A stretch of DNA of 64,000 nt, taken from positions 1 to 64,000 of the IMG/VR virus record IMGVR_UViG_3300048587_000389; one strand, given 5' to 3'. Of the stretch, positions 44,371-55,275 are shown piece by piece. The notes beneath the pieces are model-generated. The model ran no database searches, was not told the DNA's origin, and worked only from the letters and a program-made list of their open reading frames with translations. Every line of letters begins with the position of its first letter. Positions within the stretch are counted from its first letter, which is position 1. This DNA is from a virus. Lineage: Duplodnaviria; Heunggongvirae; Uroviricota; Caudoviricetes. The translations under genes were made by a program, and so were the position numbers.

Positions 44371-45946
44371 CGCTGCAGGTAATAGAGATGATGTAGGGCA
44401 AGAAGTTCCAGCTCGTTACTCTCCAGAAATTAGAGAAAAAATCTATAAGACACCAATTGTATTTGCTGCGCTTAGTCGTATTGCAGATCAGGTATCTAAA
44501 GTAGACTGGGAGTTAGTCCCTAAAAAAGATCTACTAACTGAGTTTGGTTATGCATCTGGTGAAGATGGCAAGAGCATTTTTGTTATGACTCGTAAGGATT
44601 ACGGTCGCTTCCGCACTAAATATACAGGTGAAGACAAAGCTAAAATCTCATCAAAGACTAAACAACATATTGAGAAAGTCTATAATCTCTTTGCAAATCC
44701 AAACGAAAATACAGAGAGTTTCACTTCACTTCGAAAGAAACTTGCGTTAGACCTTAAGATACATGACGCAGCTGCACTCGAGAAGACTAGAAATGGTCTT
44801 GGAGAAGTTGTAGAACTGTACACAGCACCAGCCCCATACATTAGAATGAATTACGACAAAAATGGAAGACTCTTGTCTCCTGCGTACATTCAATATGATC
44901 CAAAGCTTCCAACAACTAAAGTAGCAACATGGGAAAAGAACGAGCTTGCTTACATGATGATGAATCCAATTTCAACAAGCATGTACGGTGTCTCACCTCT
45001 TGATGTTATTGCGCAAATAGTTGCTACTCTTATTAACGCACTCAACTACAACGGAAAATACTTTGAATCAGCAGCTCTTCCAGAAGGTTACTTTACTCTT
45101 CCTGGTCTCACTGAAGTACAAGCAAGACGCTTGATGCAAAAGTGGGAACAAGACATTAAGCAGAAGCATCACAAAGTAGTCTTCATGCCTGAAGGTGCTA
45201 CATTCCACCAATTCCGCTTCTCAAACGTAGAAATGCAATGGCTGCAAGGTCAAAAGTTCTACATGGAAATTGTGATGGCTGTTCTTGGTATCACAAAAAT
45301 TGAGCTTGGCTTCACAGAAGATGTAAACCGAGCAACCTCAGACAACCAATCATTCGTATTCAAAAACGGTACAATCATCCCAATGCTCAACTTGATTGCT
45401 GAAAAGATCAATCAAGAAGTGATCGGTGAACTAGGTTTTGGATATGATGATGTAAGTTTTGTGTTCAAGAACGTAGACTTGGCTGATAAAGAGACCATGG
45501 ACAAAATTCATGATCGAGCAGTCAAATCAGGACGTATGACAATCAACGAAACAAGAGAAGAAGCAGGCTATCCTCCATACGAAAAAATGGGTGACAAACC
45601 TGTTATTGCTACATCACAGGGTCTAGTCTTCCTTGAACAGTTTGATATGCAGTTCCAAGAGTATGAAGAAGAATTCACATTCTTGCAGGATCTTGCTAAG
45701 AAGCTTAACTTACCGATGGCAGAAGTTCGAAGAAGACTTAAATCTAATCAAATGGACAGCGAAGGAAAACCTATCGCTTCACAGCAACCTCAACAGCCTA
45801 AGACTCCACCAAGCGCTCCTAAGCCTGCCGCAGACCAAACACCTGCAGTAGATGAATCTAAAAAAGATGCTAATTCAGTGCTACTAGTTGAAGGTCTCCA
45901 AAAGATTGCTGATGCTGTCGATAAAGCAATCAATGAAGAAAACTAG
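44297..45946 (+). CDS. putative portal protein
   Basis: 549 aa; position before minor-head, protease, scaffold, MCP; start uncertain. Confidence 0.4.
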   Translation: MILDQIKSTWNNLTTKSQKAQYSLSAAGNRDDVGQEVPARYSPEIREKIYKTPIVFAALSRIADQVSKVDWELVPKKDLLTEFGYASGEDGKSIFVMTRKDYGRFRTKYTGEDKAKISSKTKQHIEKVYNLFANPNENTESFTSLRKKLALDLKIHDAAALEKTRNGLGEVVELYTAPAPYIRMNYDKNGRLLSPAYIQYDPKLPTTKVATWEKNELAYMMMNPISTSMYGVSPLDVIAQIVATLINALNYNGKYFESAALPEGYFTLPGLTEVQARRLMQKWEQDIKQKHHKVVFMPEGATFHQFRFSNVEMQWLQGQKFYMEIVMAVLGITKIELGFTEDVNRATSDNQSFVFKNGTIIPMLNLIAEKINQEVIGELGFGYDDVSFVFKNVDLADKETMDKIHDRAVKSGRMTINETREEAGYPPYEKMGDKPVIATSQGLVFLEQFDMQFQEYEEEFTFLQDLAKKLNLPMAEVRRRLKSNQMDSEGKPIASQQPQQPKTPPSAPKPAADQTPAVDESKKDANSVLLVEGLQKIADAVDKAINEEN

Positions 45947-46703
45947 CCTCCAAAAACTATCTGAGATTCTTAAAACGTTTATCAAAGCTTCCAAGTCTAA
46001 AGACTGGATAGAACCTGATGATGAGCGCTATCAAAAGATCTTGCGTAAATATGAAAAAGAACTGTCAAAGGTTTGGAATCGTGAGCGCAATGATTATGCA
46101 AAGCGCATAAAGAAAAAAGATCTCGACATTGATGAAACAATAGAAGATTATCCAGACCAAGAGTTAGATCACTCAGACTACATAGACGATGCTCTAGCAA
46201 TTTTAGCTTTAGCTTTCGGAGCAGGCGTCCTCGTCGGTTTTGAAGAGATTCAGAACAGAGGAATAACTGTTGAAATTCCCTCAAATCCGTGGCAATACTT
46301 TGAAGAAGCTGGTGAAATACACGACTATTCTCATGCTGCGCTCTCTAAAGAACAACAAGACTTTAACGATGCCTTCGAACAGTATAATAAAATTGAAAAT
46401 GGGAAACAACAACTCAAAGATTGGTTTGATAAGAACAAATATCGTCTTACAGATTTAATGCTTGGCGGCGTTGTTTGGTACGGCATAAACTACGGCTTTG
46501 CAAAAGCAGCTATCGTGGCTCAAGATGAAACTTTTTTATATTGGCTCACAGAAAAAGATAGCAAAGTGTGTAGTAATTGCAAATTATTAGAAAGCAACAA
46601 TCCATATTCGAAAGACAACCCGCTCACGACTCTCCCAGGAGGAGGAAAAACTATCTGCGGAAGTCGATGTAGATGCATAATAGATACAAAAGAGAGAGAG
46701 TAA
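45933..46703 (+). CDS. putative head morphogenesis (minor head) protein
   Basis: about 256 aa following portal; C-terminal CSNC ... CGSRCRC; start uncertain. Confidence 0.3.
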   Translation: MKKTSLQKLSEILKTFIKASKSKDWIEPDDERYQKILRKYEKELSKVWNRERNDYAKRIKKKDLDIDETIEDYPDQELDHSDYIDDALAILALAFGAGVLVGFEEIQNRGITVEIPSNPWQYFEEAGEIHDYSHAALSKEQQDFNDAFEQYNKIENGKQQLKDWFDKNKYRLTDLMLGGVVWYGINYGFAKAAIVAQDETFLYWLTEKDSKVCSNCKLLESNNPYSKDNPLTTLPGGGKTICGSRCRCIIDTKERE

Positions 46704-46704
46704 C

Positions 46705-46962
46705 ATGAACTTATCAAGCTTAATGCCACTCGTTCTCCCGATCGTTTCGTACGTCTCTGGCTTTTTAAGCGGGTGGATCATACGCGACATGGTAAAACAA
46801 AAAACAGCAAGTAAGTCTGGTTTCGTTTTAACTGTAGTAACAACGATATGGGCAATTTCAATGTTTGTCGACATTGTGAGTTCCCAATACGAAACATCAC
46901 CACTTGTCCACGGTTTGATGGGGGCTATTGTAGGATTTTTCTACAGACCTAAGGGAGACTAA
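46705..46962 (+). CDS. small membrane protein
   Basis: three hydrophobic spans. Confidence 0.4.
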   Translation: MNLSSLMPLVLPIVSYVSGFLSGWIIRDMVKQKTASKSGFVLTVVTTIWAISMFVDIVSSQYETSPLVHGLMGAIVGFFYRPKGD

Positions 46963-46963
46963 T

Positions 46964-47737
46964 ATGATGGACGTAGTACAAAGACATTCAAGCACGTTCT
47001 TTGAGCGTGTAAAACAGCAATTCTTCTATATGGTAGCTATGGCTACAATGTTCACACTCATAGGGTGGGGCTTGCCACAGATCTACTATCAGTACTTAGA
47101 CAAGACACAATACTATTCACTGTCACAACCAGTGTCTGTAGACAAACCTGTTTACGAACCATGTGACAGTGTCAATATAATAGCGAAGCGTGTAGCACTA
47201 GCACCTCTTGTAGTTGATATTGATAACAGTCTTATTTTAGTAGAGACAGCGACTGATTCATCTAAGCTATTACGAGTGTATGAATTGCCACGAAGAGAAA
47301 ATCTTGTAATTCAAGAAACAGACGGTGCTATAGTAAGTGCAGAACTAGTACTTCCATGTACTTTAGTAGACGGCACATATTTTTGGCAAGGCGCAGTTGA
47401 GTATGAGCACAACGGCAAAGCAACTACATACATCTACGCAACTGATCAATTTGAAGTAAAGAATGCTTCTGAGGCAGCTCAACTTTCACCAGCCAGAGCA
47501 AGATCACTGCAGTCTACCCCAAAGCCAGCACCAACTCAAGTTCCAGCATCAACACAGCAGCCACAGCAACAAAGCTCTCAGCCAAGTCAGCAGACAATAA
47601 ATGTTGTCAATCAACAGCCTGCCCAACAGCCACAGCAGAGCCAGCAACCACAACATACACCAGCACCAACACAGCAACCTTCTGTTATAGAAACAGTTGG
47701 TGACACTGTTGGTGATATTTTAGACGGACTACTATAA
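46964..47737 (+). CDS. protein with N-terminal TM and C-terminal Gln/Pro-rich low-complexity region
   Basis: PKPAPTQVPASTQQPQQQSSQPSQQ. Confidence 0.45.
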   Translation: MMDVVQRHSSTFFERVKQQFFYMVAMATMFTLIGWGLPQIYYQYLDKTQYYSLSQPVSVDKPVYEPCDSVNIIAKRVALAPLVVDIDNSLILVETATDSSKLLRVYELPRRENLVIQETDGAIVSAELVLPCTLVDGTYFWQGAVEYEHNGKATTYIYATDQFEVKNASEAAQLSPARARSLQSTPKPAPTQVPASTQQPQQQSSQPSQQTINVVNQQPAQQPQQSQQPQHTPAPTQQPSVIETVGDTVGDILDGLL

Positions 47738-47738
47738 T

Positions 47739-48104
47739 ATGCGCCAAAAAAGAAGAGCAACAAGTGAAGAAATGTATATCATCGAAGAGCTCGAAAAGAT
47801 CTTCGGTAAAGGAAGAGTTCGTATTGATTACGATATCATGAGCGAACCATGTATTTTCTTTGCATACAAAGGACCACATGACGTCGTCTATAAGCTAACA
47901 CCTGACGGTCGTTATTCTAGAAATGCAGGACATTACATAGTCCAAGCACGAGATGCCATTATAGAGTACATTAAACAAAGAGATTTAGAGATCTATAATG
48001 CTGAGAAAGAAAGACAGTATCAGCAAAATATGAATACAACCCGTGAGCGAGTTGCACAAGGAAACTTGAGTGACATGCCTACAGGAGAGGAGCAAGATGA
48101 GTGA
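47739..48104 (+). CDS. hypothetical protein
   Basis: 121-aa ORF. Confidence 0.45.
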   Translation: MRQKRRATSEEMYIIEELEKIFGKGRVRIDYDIMSEPCIFFAYKGPHDVVYKLTPDGRYSRNAGHYIVQARDAIIEYIKQRDLEIYNAEKERQYQQNMNTTRERVAQGNLSDMPTGEEQDE

Positions 48105-48297
48105 GTTAGACACAGAGCTATATAGTTCTCAAACAGAGATACTCGGTATAGAACAAGTAGATTTTGCATTGAGTGAGCCAGTTTTCATTCGACTTCAAGT
48201 CATCAACAGCGGAACTAATCACAAAATGCCAAACGATCTTATACAACAGATTGCTGAATGTATAAGAAAATATGAAGTCAACAAGGAGACAAAATGA
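48070..48297 (+). CDS. hypothetical small protein
   Basis: 75-aa ORF. Confidence 0.35.
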   Translation: MTCLQERSKMSELDTELYSSQTEILGIEQVDFALSEPVFIRLQVINSGTNHKMPNDLIQQIAECIRKYEVNKETK

Positions 48298-48420
48298 AAG
48301 AAGACACACAATTACTCTTGGAGCTAAGAGCTGATCAAGAGAAGGCAGAACGTGAAGCATACGCTGCTGAGACTCAAGAGAGTCAAGATAGATATCACTA
48401 TGCGGCACAGACTTTAGGGT

Positions 48421-48615
48421 TTGAGCCTAAGGAGGAAAATGAAAAATAAGAAAAAGCAAGAAGAAAAAGTAGTAGTAGAAGCTGCTGAAGTTGTTGAAAA
48501 AGAAGAAGTTGTAGCATCACCACATGATCCAGTTCTTCGTCCAACAATTGGGCGCAGAAATAAACCAGAAGATGACGGAAAAATTCGTGACTGCTGGGGA
48601 ACTGTAATGGGCTAA
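48421..48615 (+). CDS. hypothetical small protein
   Basis: AAGGAGG RBS. Confidence 0.4.
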   Translation: MSLRRKMKNKKKQEEKVVVEAAEVVEKEEVVASPHDPVLRPTIGRRNKPEDDGKIRDCWGTVMG

Positions 48616-48616
48616 T

Positions 48617-48814
48617 ATGAAAATCGAAATAACAACGAACGATACATTTGATCCTGAATCTACGGTCATTGTTGTCAATGGCAACAAGTACAAGAATACC
48701 GTGGGATTACAATTAAAAATAGCAAAGGATGCTCATGGTTCGTTAGTTATTGAGCACGAATCAGGCTACCTCGAAGCATATCAAGCCAAGGAGGAAAAGA
48801 AAGACTATGAATAA
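48617..48814 (+). CDS. hypothetical small protein
   Basis: 65-aa ORF. Confidence 0.4.
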   Translation: MKIEITTNDTFDPESTVIVVNGNKYKNTVGLQLKIAKDAHGSLVIEHESGYLEAYQAKEEKKDYE

Positions 48815-49832
48815 AAACACTTTTAAGTTCTTCACTGGAACTTTGAAGGCAGTCAAAGAAGACAATGCTAGATACATTGTCGGTATCGCATCATCTACAT
48901 CAATTGATAGAGACAACGATAGAATGTCCAAAGATGCTCTTCATACAATGAAGGCAACAGCTGAAAGTAACTTAACAATTTTCACAAACCATGAATATAG
49001 AGTACCTGACGATCTCTTCGGAAACGTCGTTGATGCTGAAATTCATGCTAAAAAAGATGCAGAGCCAATCGTAATTAAGTCAGATGATGATGAAGTTTCG
49101 GTTGTTACGTATGATCCAACAGACTTTCAAATTAAAGTCAAGGTTGTTTCAGACGAAGTAAATCCAAAAGCAGGGCAAATTTATAAAGCTATTGAAGAAG
49201 GTCTCAATCTAGGATTTTCAATAGGTGGCGCAGTACGTAAAGTATCTCGTGTTGTAGATGATGTAACTCAAAAAGCATTCAATCTTATTGAAGCTATTGA
49301 TTTGTACGAAATCTCAATTGTCGGTATCCCATCTAATGTAGATGCCATGAACCTCGCAATCTCTAAGTCGCTCAAAGGAGTACAAGCTCCCGAGATTAGC
49401 AAAGAAGAAATTGTAGAGATCCTCACTAAAGCAAAAGAAATTGCATCTGAACCAAAAATCACTGATGAAGCAGTTCTCAAGCACTATGTCAAAATACTCA
49501 AGTCAATGTATGACGATGAGTATTGTTATGATTGTGTACAAGAGCCAACTGAAGAGCAGAAAGAAGAATGGGCAGAAGAAGATCGTCAATGGGCAAAAGC
49601 ACAAGCTGAAAATGCTCTCATGGCAGTTTCTGAAGCAGTTTCTGTTTCAAAATACGATGATGACGTCATTCACTTGCGATCACATGCTAGCGAAATGCAA
49701 TATGCATTAATGATTGGCGCAGACACAACTGCGCTCGCAGCTCATATTCAAGAGCACCTTACACAACTTGAAAAAGTTATGAAGGCAGATGCCAAAGAAG
49801 AAGAGAACAAATCACCTTATCAAATGAGTTAA
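48807..49832 (+). CDS. prohead protease (HK97-type) with C-terminal extension
   Basis: GIASSTSIDRDNDRMSKDAL resembles prohead protease GxASxxxxDxxGD motif; AAGGAGG RBS. Confidence 0.5.
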   Translation: MNKNTFKFFTGTLKAVKEDNARYIVGIASSTSIDRDNDRMSKDALHTMKATAESNLTIFTNHEYRVPDDLFGNVVDAEIHAKKDAEPIVIKSDDDEVSVVTYDPTDFQIKVKVVSDEVNPKAGQIYKAIEEGLNLGFSIGGAVRKVSRVVDDVTQKAFNLIEAIDLYEISIVGIPSNVDAMNLAISKSLKGVQAPEISKEEIVEILTKAKEIASEPKITDEAVLKHYVKILKSMYDDEYCYDCVQEPTEEQKEEWAEEDRQWAKAQAENALMAVSEAVSVSKYDDDVIHLRSHASEMQYALMIGADTTALAAHIQEHLTQLEKVMKADAKEEENKSPYQMS

Positions 49833-49845
49833 CTGAGGCACAAAT

Positions 49846-50082
49846 ATGAATGACAATCAAGTTCTATTGGATAAAATAAACACAGAACATCGATACATGC
49901 AAGTTGGTGATGCAGTACCAGTCAACATGTTTGATGATCATGACTCAGAAATTGTAGAACATACTAAGCAACTTGAGATTCTCAAATCACAAGAAAATGA
50001 TAATGTTTTGCAATCTCGCAGTATATCTCTTTTGGAGGCTCACATAGCTTTACATAAAGAGTACAAAGAGTCAAAATTATAA
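49846..50082 (+). CDS. hypothetical small protein
   Basis: 78-aa ORF. Confidence 0.4.
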   Translation: MNDNQVLLDKINTEHRYMQVGDAVPVNMFDDHDSEIVEHTKQLEILKSQENDNVLQSRSISLLEAHIALHKEYKESKL

Positions 50083-50138
50083 TTTTTGAATGCACATAAC
50101 ATAAATGTGTGTAATAATAAACAGGAAGGTAACTAACA

Positions 50139-50660
50139 ATGTCTGAAGATAAATCATTACTTGAAAAAGTAAACAAAACTCTTGAAGCTATAACTGCACT
50201 CAAGACCGGTGAACCAACACAAAAAGTTGAAGAAGTTGCGGAGGTTAAAGATGAAGCTGTTGAAGAAGTTAAAGCAGAATCTACTGAAACAGAAGCAAAA
50301 GAAACAGAAGCAGCTGAAGAAGTTGCAGAAGTGGAAGCAGTTGCAGAAGCAACTGAAGCTGGCGAAGAGGAAGTTAGCAAAGAGGATGAGGGGAAAGAAG
50401 CATCAGTCGAAACTCCAGTCGTTAAAGCAGCTGAAGTAAAAGTTGATGTATCCGCTCAAATTTCTGAAAAAGTACTGGAAGCAGTTACTGGTTTAGCATC
50501 AGTCGTTAAAGGACTTGCACAAGACGTTGAAGCATTGAAGAATGCTAAGACATCTAAGAAAAGTGTAATGCCTGACGAAGTTAAATCTGAGGAAGCTCAA
50601 GAAGATACAGAGCAAGCAAAAGCTCTTAAACACGCAAATTACATTTTCGGGAATAAATAA
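50139..50660 (+). CDS. acidic scaffold-like protein
   Basis: E/A/K-rich alpha-helical low complexity, located between protease and MCP. Confidence 0.5.
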   Translation: MSEDKSLLEKVNKTLEAITALKTGEPTQKVEEVAEVKDEAVEEVKAESTETEAKETEAAEEVAEVEAVAEATEAGEEEVSKEDEGKEASVETPVVKAAEVKVDVSAQISEKVLEAVTGLASVVKGLAQDVEALKNAKTSKKSVMPDEVKSEEAQEDTEQAKALKHANYIFGNK

Positions 50661-50752
50661 CCGAACAACCGCTATCCGCGGTTGCTAGGAGATTAAACAG
50701 TCTCTTAACAATCGCGGATAACGCGACAATAATAGTACAAGGAGGTTTACAC

Positions 50753-51697
50753 ATGTCAGAAGTCGACGTAAAGAAGGCTTTGGGTGGTGTTAACACTAGC
50801 GCAGGTCAAGGTGGAGATTTTATCCCTCGTGATCTTGCTGCAGAACTTATTGAATACGTAAAATGGAACTCTGTTGGACGTAATCTTTGGGATCAAGTGG
50901 TAATGCCAACTCCAGTTTTCGATATACCTAAACTCACTGGCGTCAACTCTATCTACTTTGTAGGTGAAGGCTCACAACCAACTCAATCTGGAATGGCAAC
51001 TGCACAAGTTACCCTTACAGCTAAGAAGTTGATGGGTATCCTTACAGTAGACGCAGAAATTGACGAAGACTCAAAGATTGCTCTTCTCCCACTTATCAAA
51101 CAGGACTTCGGTACTGAAATTGGTTTGGCAGAGACAGACGCATTTTTCAATGGAGACACAGATTTTGCAGTCAGTGATCACCCAAGAAAAGCATTTGATG
51201 GTTTGAGAAAACTTGCTACTGGTTCAGCAGTTGATGCTGCCGGTTCAAGAATTACTCTCCGTCACTTGAATCAAGGTCTTGTGAATCTTGGCCGATACGG
51301 TCAGAACCCAATGATGATTGACGTCTTTGGCGCTCCTGTTGTTATTGGTGAGCTTCGTAAGCTGTATGCAGACTTTGATAAATACACTGTATTTAACCAA
51401 GGCGCACTTAAGACTGGACAAGTCGGTGCAATTTGGGGAATGAACGTGTATGTCAATGGTTTGATTCCTACAGATCTTACATACGGCGGTTCAACTGGTT
51501 CAGGTTACACTGAAGCCCTTTTGGTCCATCGCAAGACACCAATCATCGGAGACCGAAGAGCAATTAAGTTCAAAACATTCGATCAGATCTGGACAGACCA
51601 GACTCTCATCGTTCCGTCAGAACGTATTGCATTCAATGTTCGTTGGAGAGACGCTATCGTCAAGATCACTAACTTAGAGGCAACTCTCAGTGCGTAA
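50753..51697 (+). CDS. major capsid protein (HK97 fold)
   Basis: 314 aa after scaffold; AAGGAGG RBS; composition and length typical. Confidence 0.6.
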   Translation: MSEVDVKKALGGVNTSAGQGGDFIPRDLAAELIEYVKWNSVGRNLWDQVVMPTPVFDIPKLTGVNSIYFVGEGSQPTQSGMATAQVTLTAKKLMGILTVDAEIDEDSKIALLPLIKQDFGTEIGLAETDAFFNGDTDFAVSDHPRKAFDGLRKLATGSAVDAAGSRITLRHLNQGLVNLGRYGQNPMMIDVFGAPVVIGELRKLYADFDKYTVFNQGALKTGQVGAIWGMNVYVNGLIPTDLTYGGSTGSGYTEALLVHRKTPIIGDRRAIKFKTFDQIWTDQTLIVPSERIAFNVRWRDAIVKITNLEATLSA

Positions 51698-51733
51698 TTG
51701 ATATAGTTAACAATTGCTAAAAAAGGAGCAGCA

Positions 51734-52684
51734 ATGTCTGATCTTATACAGATCAAGCATCTCGAGAGTCCCAACATTACAACATTTGTAAATGGGAAAC
51801 AAATCGAGATTCGGAACCATTCAGCGTTTGTCGATCGTGAGACCGCAAAAGCTATGATGGAAGGACCGTTTGGATACGAGTTGGTTGGCATTTATGACAA
51901 CTTTCTCGAATTCACAAACAACATCCCCGTAAACTTGACTGAATTTGAAGGACTAGCTGCTCCTGATAGCACGGTAATTGTGGCAACTCCGTTAGCAGGC
52001 CACAAACTCTATTCATGGGCTCGTTTAACCGAGTCTTTTTTAGCGTCAGAATCTAAAAGACGCTTACATATTGTATTCACAATAGATGATCCAAATGCTG
52101 AGTGGCGCAAGTCTGTAGAAGATTGGGCGCAAGCAAATGTTCATAATTTCAAAAAGATCACAATAATTATCTGGGACCACGATGCAATCATGGCATGGAA
52201 TCGTGTGTTCAAAATTACAGTAGGACGACAACTCATTTTCAACTATGCTCGTACCACTGATGCTTCTCATCTTTGGTTTGTTGATTCAGACACTATTCAC
52301 AAAGGTGATGCTCTTCCAAAACTGCTTTCACACAACAGAGACTGTGTATCAGGACTCTATCATTTTAAGAGTGTTATGGGTGGCGGTCCTGTAGTATTTG
52401 ACGGACAGGGTGACAGAACAATGCCACCTTCATGTTTAGGAAAACAACGTGTAGAAGTGAAGCCAAATTCAGGACTTTATGAAGTAGATTGGACCGGAGC
52501 GGGGAGTTTGCTAGTTACTAAAAAGATATTTTCAAGATATAATTTTAACTGGAGCAAATGGATTCAACGCAATGGTGAAGACGCCTGGCTTTGTATGATG
52601 GCGCAACACGAAACTAAACAAAAAACTCTCGTAGATACTTCAGTGCATGCGGTACATCTTGATGAATCAGGAAGGGAATGGTAA
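51734..52684 (+). CDS. glycosyltransferase-like protein with N-terminal PNIxTFxxGKQI domain
   Basis: N-terminal about 50 aa paralogous to next gene; FVDSDT DxD-like motif. Confidence 0.45.
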   Translation: MSDLIQIKHLESPNITTFVNGKQIEIRNHSAFVDRETAKAMMEGPFGYELVGIYDNFLEFTNNIPVNLTEFEGLAAPDSTVIVATPLAGHKLYSWARLTESFLASESKRRLHIVFTIDDPNAEWRKSVEDWAQANVHNFKKITIIIWDHDAIMAWNRVFKITVGRQLIFNYARTTDASHLWFVDSDTIHKGDALPKLLSHNRDCVSGLYHFKSVMGGGPVVFDGQGDRTMPPSCLGKQRVEVKPNSGLYEVDWTGAGSLLVTKKIFSRYNFNWSKWIQRNGEDAWLCMMAQHETKQKTLVDTSVHAVHLDESGREW

Positions 52685-53925
52685 TGAACGTAAAAGTAAG
52701 ACACCCAAATCACCCTAATATCATGACGTTTATTGATGGTAAGCAAATCACCATCAAAGACCATGAGGGATGGACAGATTTTGATACAGCAGTCAAACTT
52801 ATTGATGCGCCCTTCGGTTATGAATGGTGCCCAGGATCACTTCCTTTCAATCCAGAAACTTGGACAAAAGAACACAAGATAATCACTTGGAATCACATTA
52901 TGCCGTATTATGAAGGATACGGATATGTTGGACAAATGATGCTTAAAGGCTTGACAAATATCGGAATCGATGCTAGAGTTTTCTACAAATCTGATGCTTC
53001 ATACATCAACCGTGAGGCTTTAGAAGCTCTTTGGAAGGATCGTTCATTTGACAGTTGGGGTATATGGCATCACTTCTGGATGAAGCCTAATATGATGCCA
53101 CACAAGAAAAGAGCAATGTACACAATGTGGGAGAGCACCAAGCTCAATGAGGGCTGGGTATCTGCATGCAATGAAGTAAACTTGCTTTTTGTTCCATGTC
53201 AAGAAAATGTAGAGATATTTCAAAAGAACGGTGTCACGACTCAGATTGAAGTTGTAGAACACGGCGTAGATCAAGAATACTACTACTATCGTCCAAAAGT
53301 AAAGAAAGACAAATTCCGTATTGGTACAATGGGAAGTCTGGTTCCGCGCAAAGATCCTGAACTTCTTATTAGAGCATTCCTAGACGAGTTTAAAGATCAA
53401 GATGATGTTGAACTCTATCTCAAAGACACAAACGAAGATACAGAAATTGAGCGCAAGTACAAAGACGAAAAACAGCTTATTTTCAATGGCAAAAAATTAT
53501 CACCACTAGAGGTAGGAGAGATCCTCGCTTCTTTTGATATTGCAGTGTTTCCATCACACGGAGAAGGATTCGGCTTGGGAGGATTACAGGCAATGGGGTG
53601 CGGAACAACATGTATCTGCACTGGTTGGTGTGGCTACAAACAATATTTGAATCCGGAGTATAACTATGAACTTAAATACAAGCTCGTCGATATTGACAAG
53701 GTTGCATCAAACAACACAACATATAGTGGACAGTGGGCACAAGGTGATTATGAACATCTACGTCAGCTTCTCCGTTATGCTTATGATCATCAAGATGAGA
53801 TTCATGACAAAGGAAGAAGAGCTGCGCAGTGGGTTAAAGAGCATTGGACTTGGGAAAGAGCAGCCAAACAAATAGTAGACGCAATTGACAAATGGGAGAG
53901 ACAGCATGGCAACAGTAGCTGCTAA
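52684..53925 (+). CDS. GT4-family glycosyltransferase with same N-terminal domain
   Basis: FPSHGEGFGLGGLQAMGCG (E-x7-E region). Confidence 0.55.
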   Translation: MNVKVRHPNHPNIMTFIDGKQITIKDHEGWTDFDTAVKLIDAPFGYEWCPGSLPFNPETWTKEHKIITWNHIMPYYEGYGYVGQMMLKGLTNIGIDARVFYKSDASYINREALEALWKDRSFDSWGIWHHFWMKPNMMPHKKRAMYTMWESTKLNEGWVSACNEVNLLFVPCQENVEIFQKNGVTTQIEVVEHGVDQEYYYYRPKVKKDKFRIGTMGSLVPRKDPELLIRAFLDEFKDQDDVELYLKDTNEDTEIERKYKDEKQLIFNGKKLSPLEVGEILASFDIAVFPSHGEGFGLGGLQAMGCGTTCICTGWCGYKQYLNPEYNYELKYKLVDIDKVASNNTTYSGQWAQGDYEHLRQLLRYAYDHQDEIHDKGRRAAQWVKEHWTWERAAKQIVDAIDKWERQHGNSSC

Positions 53926-54619
53926 CATCATTGTTGGACAGAAATACGAGCAATATTTTCAATTCACACTTCAATCAATAAAGTGGGTGGATGAAATTGT
54001 CATAGTCAATACTGGAGACAGTAACAACCCCAACCTCAAAACAATAAGAGACTTTGCACCAAATGCAAAAGTTATTCAATTTGAAGGAGCATTCACATTT
54101 AGTGCAGCAAGAAACAAGGCACTTGAGAATACTAAAAGTCTTTGGATTTTGTGGGTAGATGCAGATGAAGTACACTTCAATGATTTTGAGCGAGTAGTAA
54201 GAGAAATTATAGCAGCTCCCAAAGGGGACGCATATCAGTTTGGCTTCCACCACTTCATTCTTGATATGTTCCATTATCAAAATATAGATTTGCGTCTCAA
54301 TCTCTTTATGAATGTAGATAAGAGATGGCATGGCAATGTGCATGAATATGTGCATCCAATTCAAAAAGCAGTTCCTCACGAATATCGCTATCACCACTAC
54401 GGATATACAAAGCCACAAAGAGAGATCTATGAAAACTGGCGTCTCTATTGGAGTCTCAACCCAGATGAATTGTCAAAACTCAATGAAGAGCGTGATCCTG
54501 ACGGTATCATATCTGATAGAGTAACAGTTGCGCACCCGTACATCGGGCCGTATCCTGAAGTGATACAATCTTATATACAACAACAGCCTATGAAAGTAGA
54601 TGGATACAAATTTCTATGA
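53906..54619 (+). CDS. GT2-family glycosyltransferase
   Basis: IVIVNTGDSN, ARNKALE, WVDADE. Confidence 0.5.
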   Translation: MATVAANIIVGQKYEQYFQFTLQSIKWVDEIVIVNTGDSNNPNLKTIRDFAPNAKVIQFEGAFTFSAARNKALENTKSLWILWVDADEVHFNDFERVVREIIAAPKGDAYQFGFHHFILDMFHYQNIDLRLNLFMNVDKRWHGNVHEYVHPIQKAVPHEYRYHHYGYTKPQREIYENWRLYWSLNPDELSKLNEERDPDGIISDRVTVAHPYIGPYPEVIQSYIQQQPMKVDGYKFL

Positions 54620-55275
54620 CAAAGACAGGAATAATTCTCACAACTTACAACAATTTAGAAATGACCAAAAAAGCTCTCAAAAGCTTGATGGAGAATACTA
54701 AAAACTTTGAGCTTGTCATAGTTGATTGCGCATCAACAGATGGAACTGTAGAATGGGTAGAACAACAAGGCATTCAAATGATTCACTTTGACAAGTATGT
54801 GTCTTTAACAGAAGCTCTTAACGCAGGCATTCGCCACTTTTTTGATAAAGAAAAGCCAGATCTCTACTACAATATTTGTTGGATTCACAATGACATGACT
54901 TTTGAGAAGGGATGGTTAGAAGCTCTTGAAGTTTATCTTGATCACAATCCAAAATGCGGCAGAGTCTCATCACAGAATACAAGAGATTCAATTGAGCCAG
55001 AGAGACCAGGAAATGAATTACCTTGCTTGATACGAGGTCACGTGTTGAAACAGATAGGACTTTTTGATGAGAGGTTTATTGGTATAGGTGGCCGAGAAGA
55101 TTGGGATCTGAATAAAAGAATACTAGACAACGGTTTCAGTGTAATGATTACACCAACGAGTAGAGTGTATCATGTAGGTATGGCAACACGCAGCCAGAGA
55201 AACACTGATGCAGAGGCTGATCATAATGCAGCTGTGTATTTTCAGAAATGGGGCACATATAATGGATTCGTCTAA
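54616..55275 (+). CDS. GT2-family glycosyltransferase
   Basis: GIILTTYNNLEMTKKALKSL, VIVDCASTDGT. Confidence 0.55.
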   Translation: MTKTGIILTTYNNLEMTKKALKSLMENTKNFELVIVDCASTDGTVEWVEQQGIQMIHFDKYVSLTEALNAGIRHFFDKEKPDLYYNICWIHNDMTFEKGWLEALEVYLDHNPKCGRVSSQNTRDSIEPERPGNELPCLIRGHVLKQIGLFDERFIGIGGREDWDLNKRILDNGFSVMITPTSRVYHVGMATRSQRNTDAEADHNAAVYFQKWGTYNGFV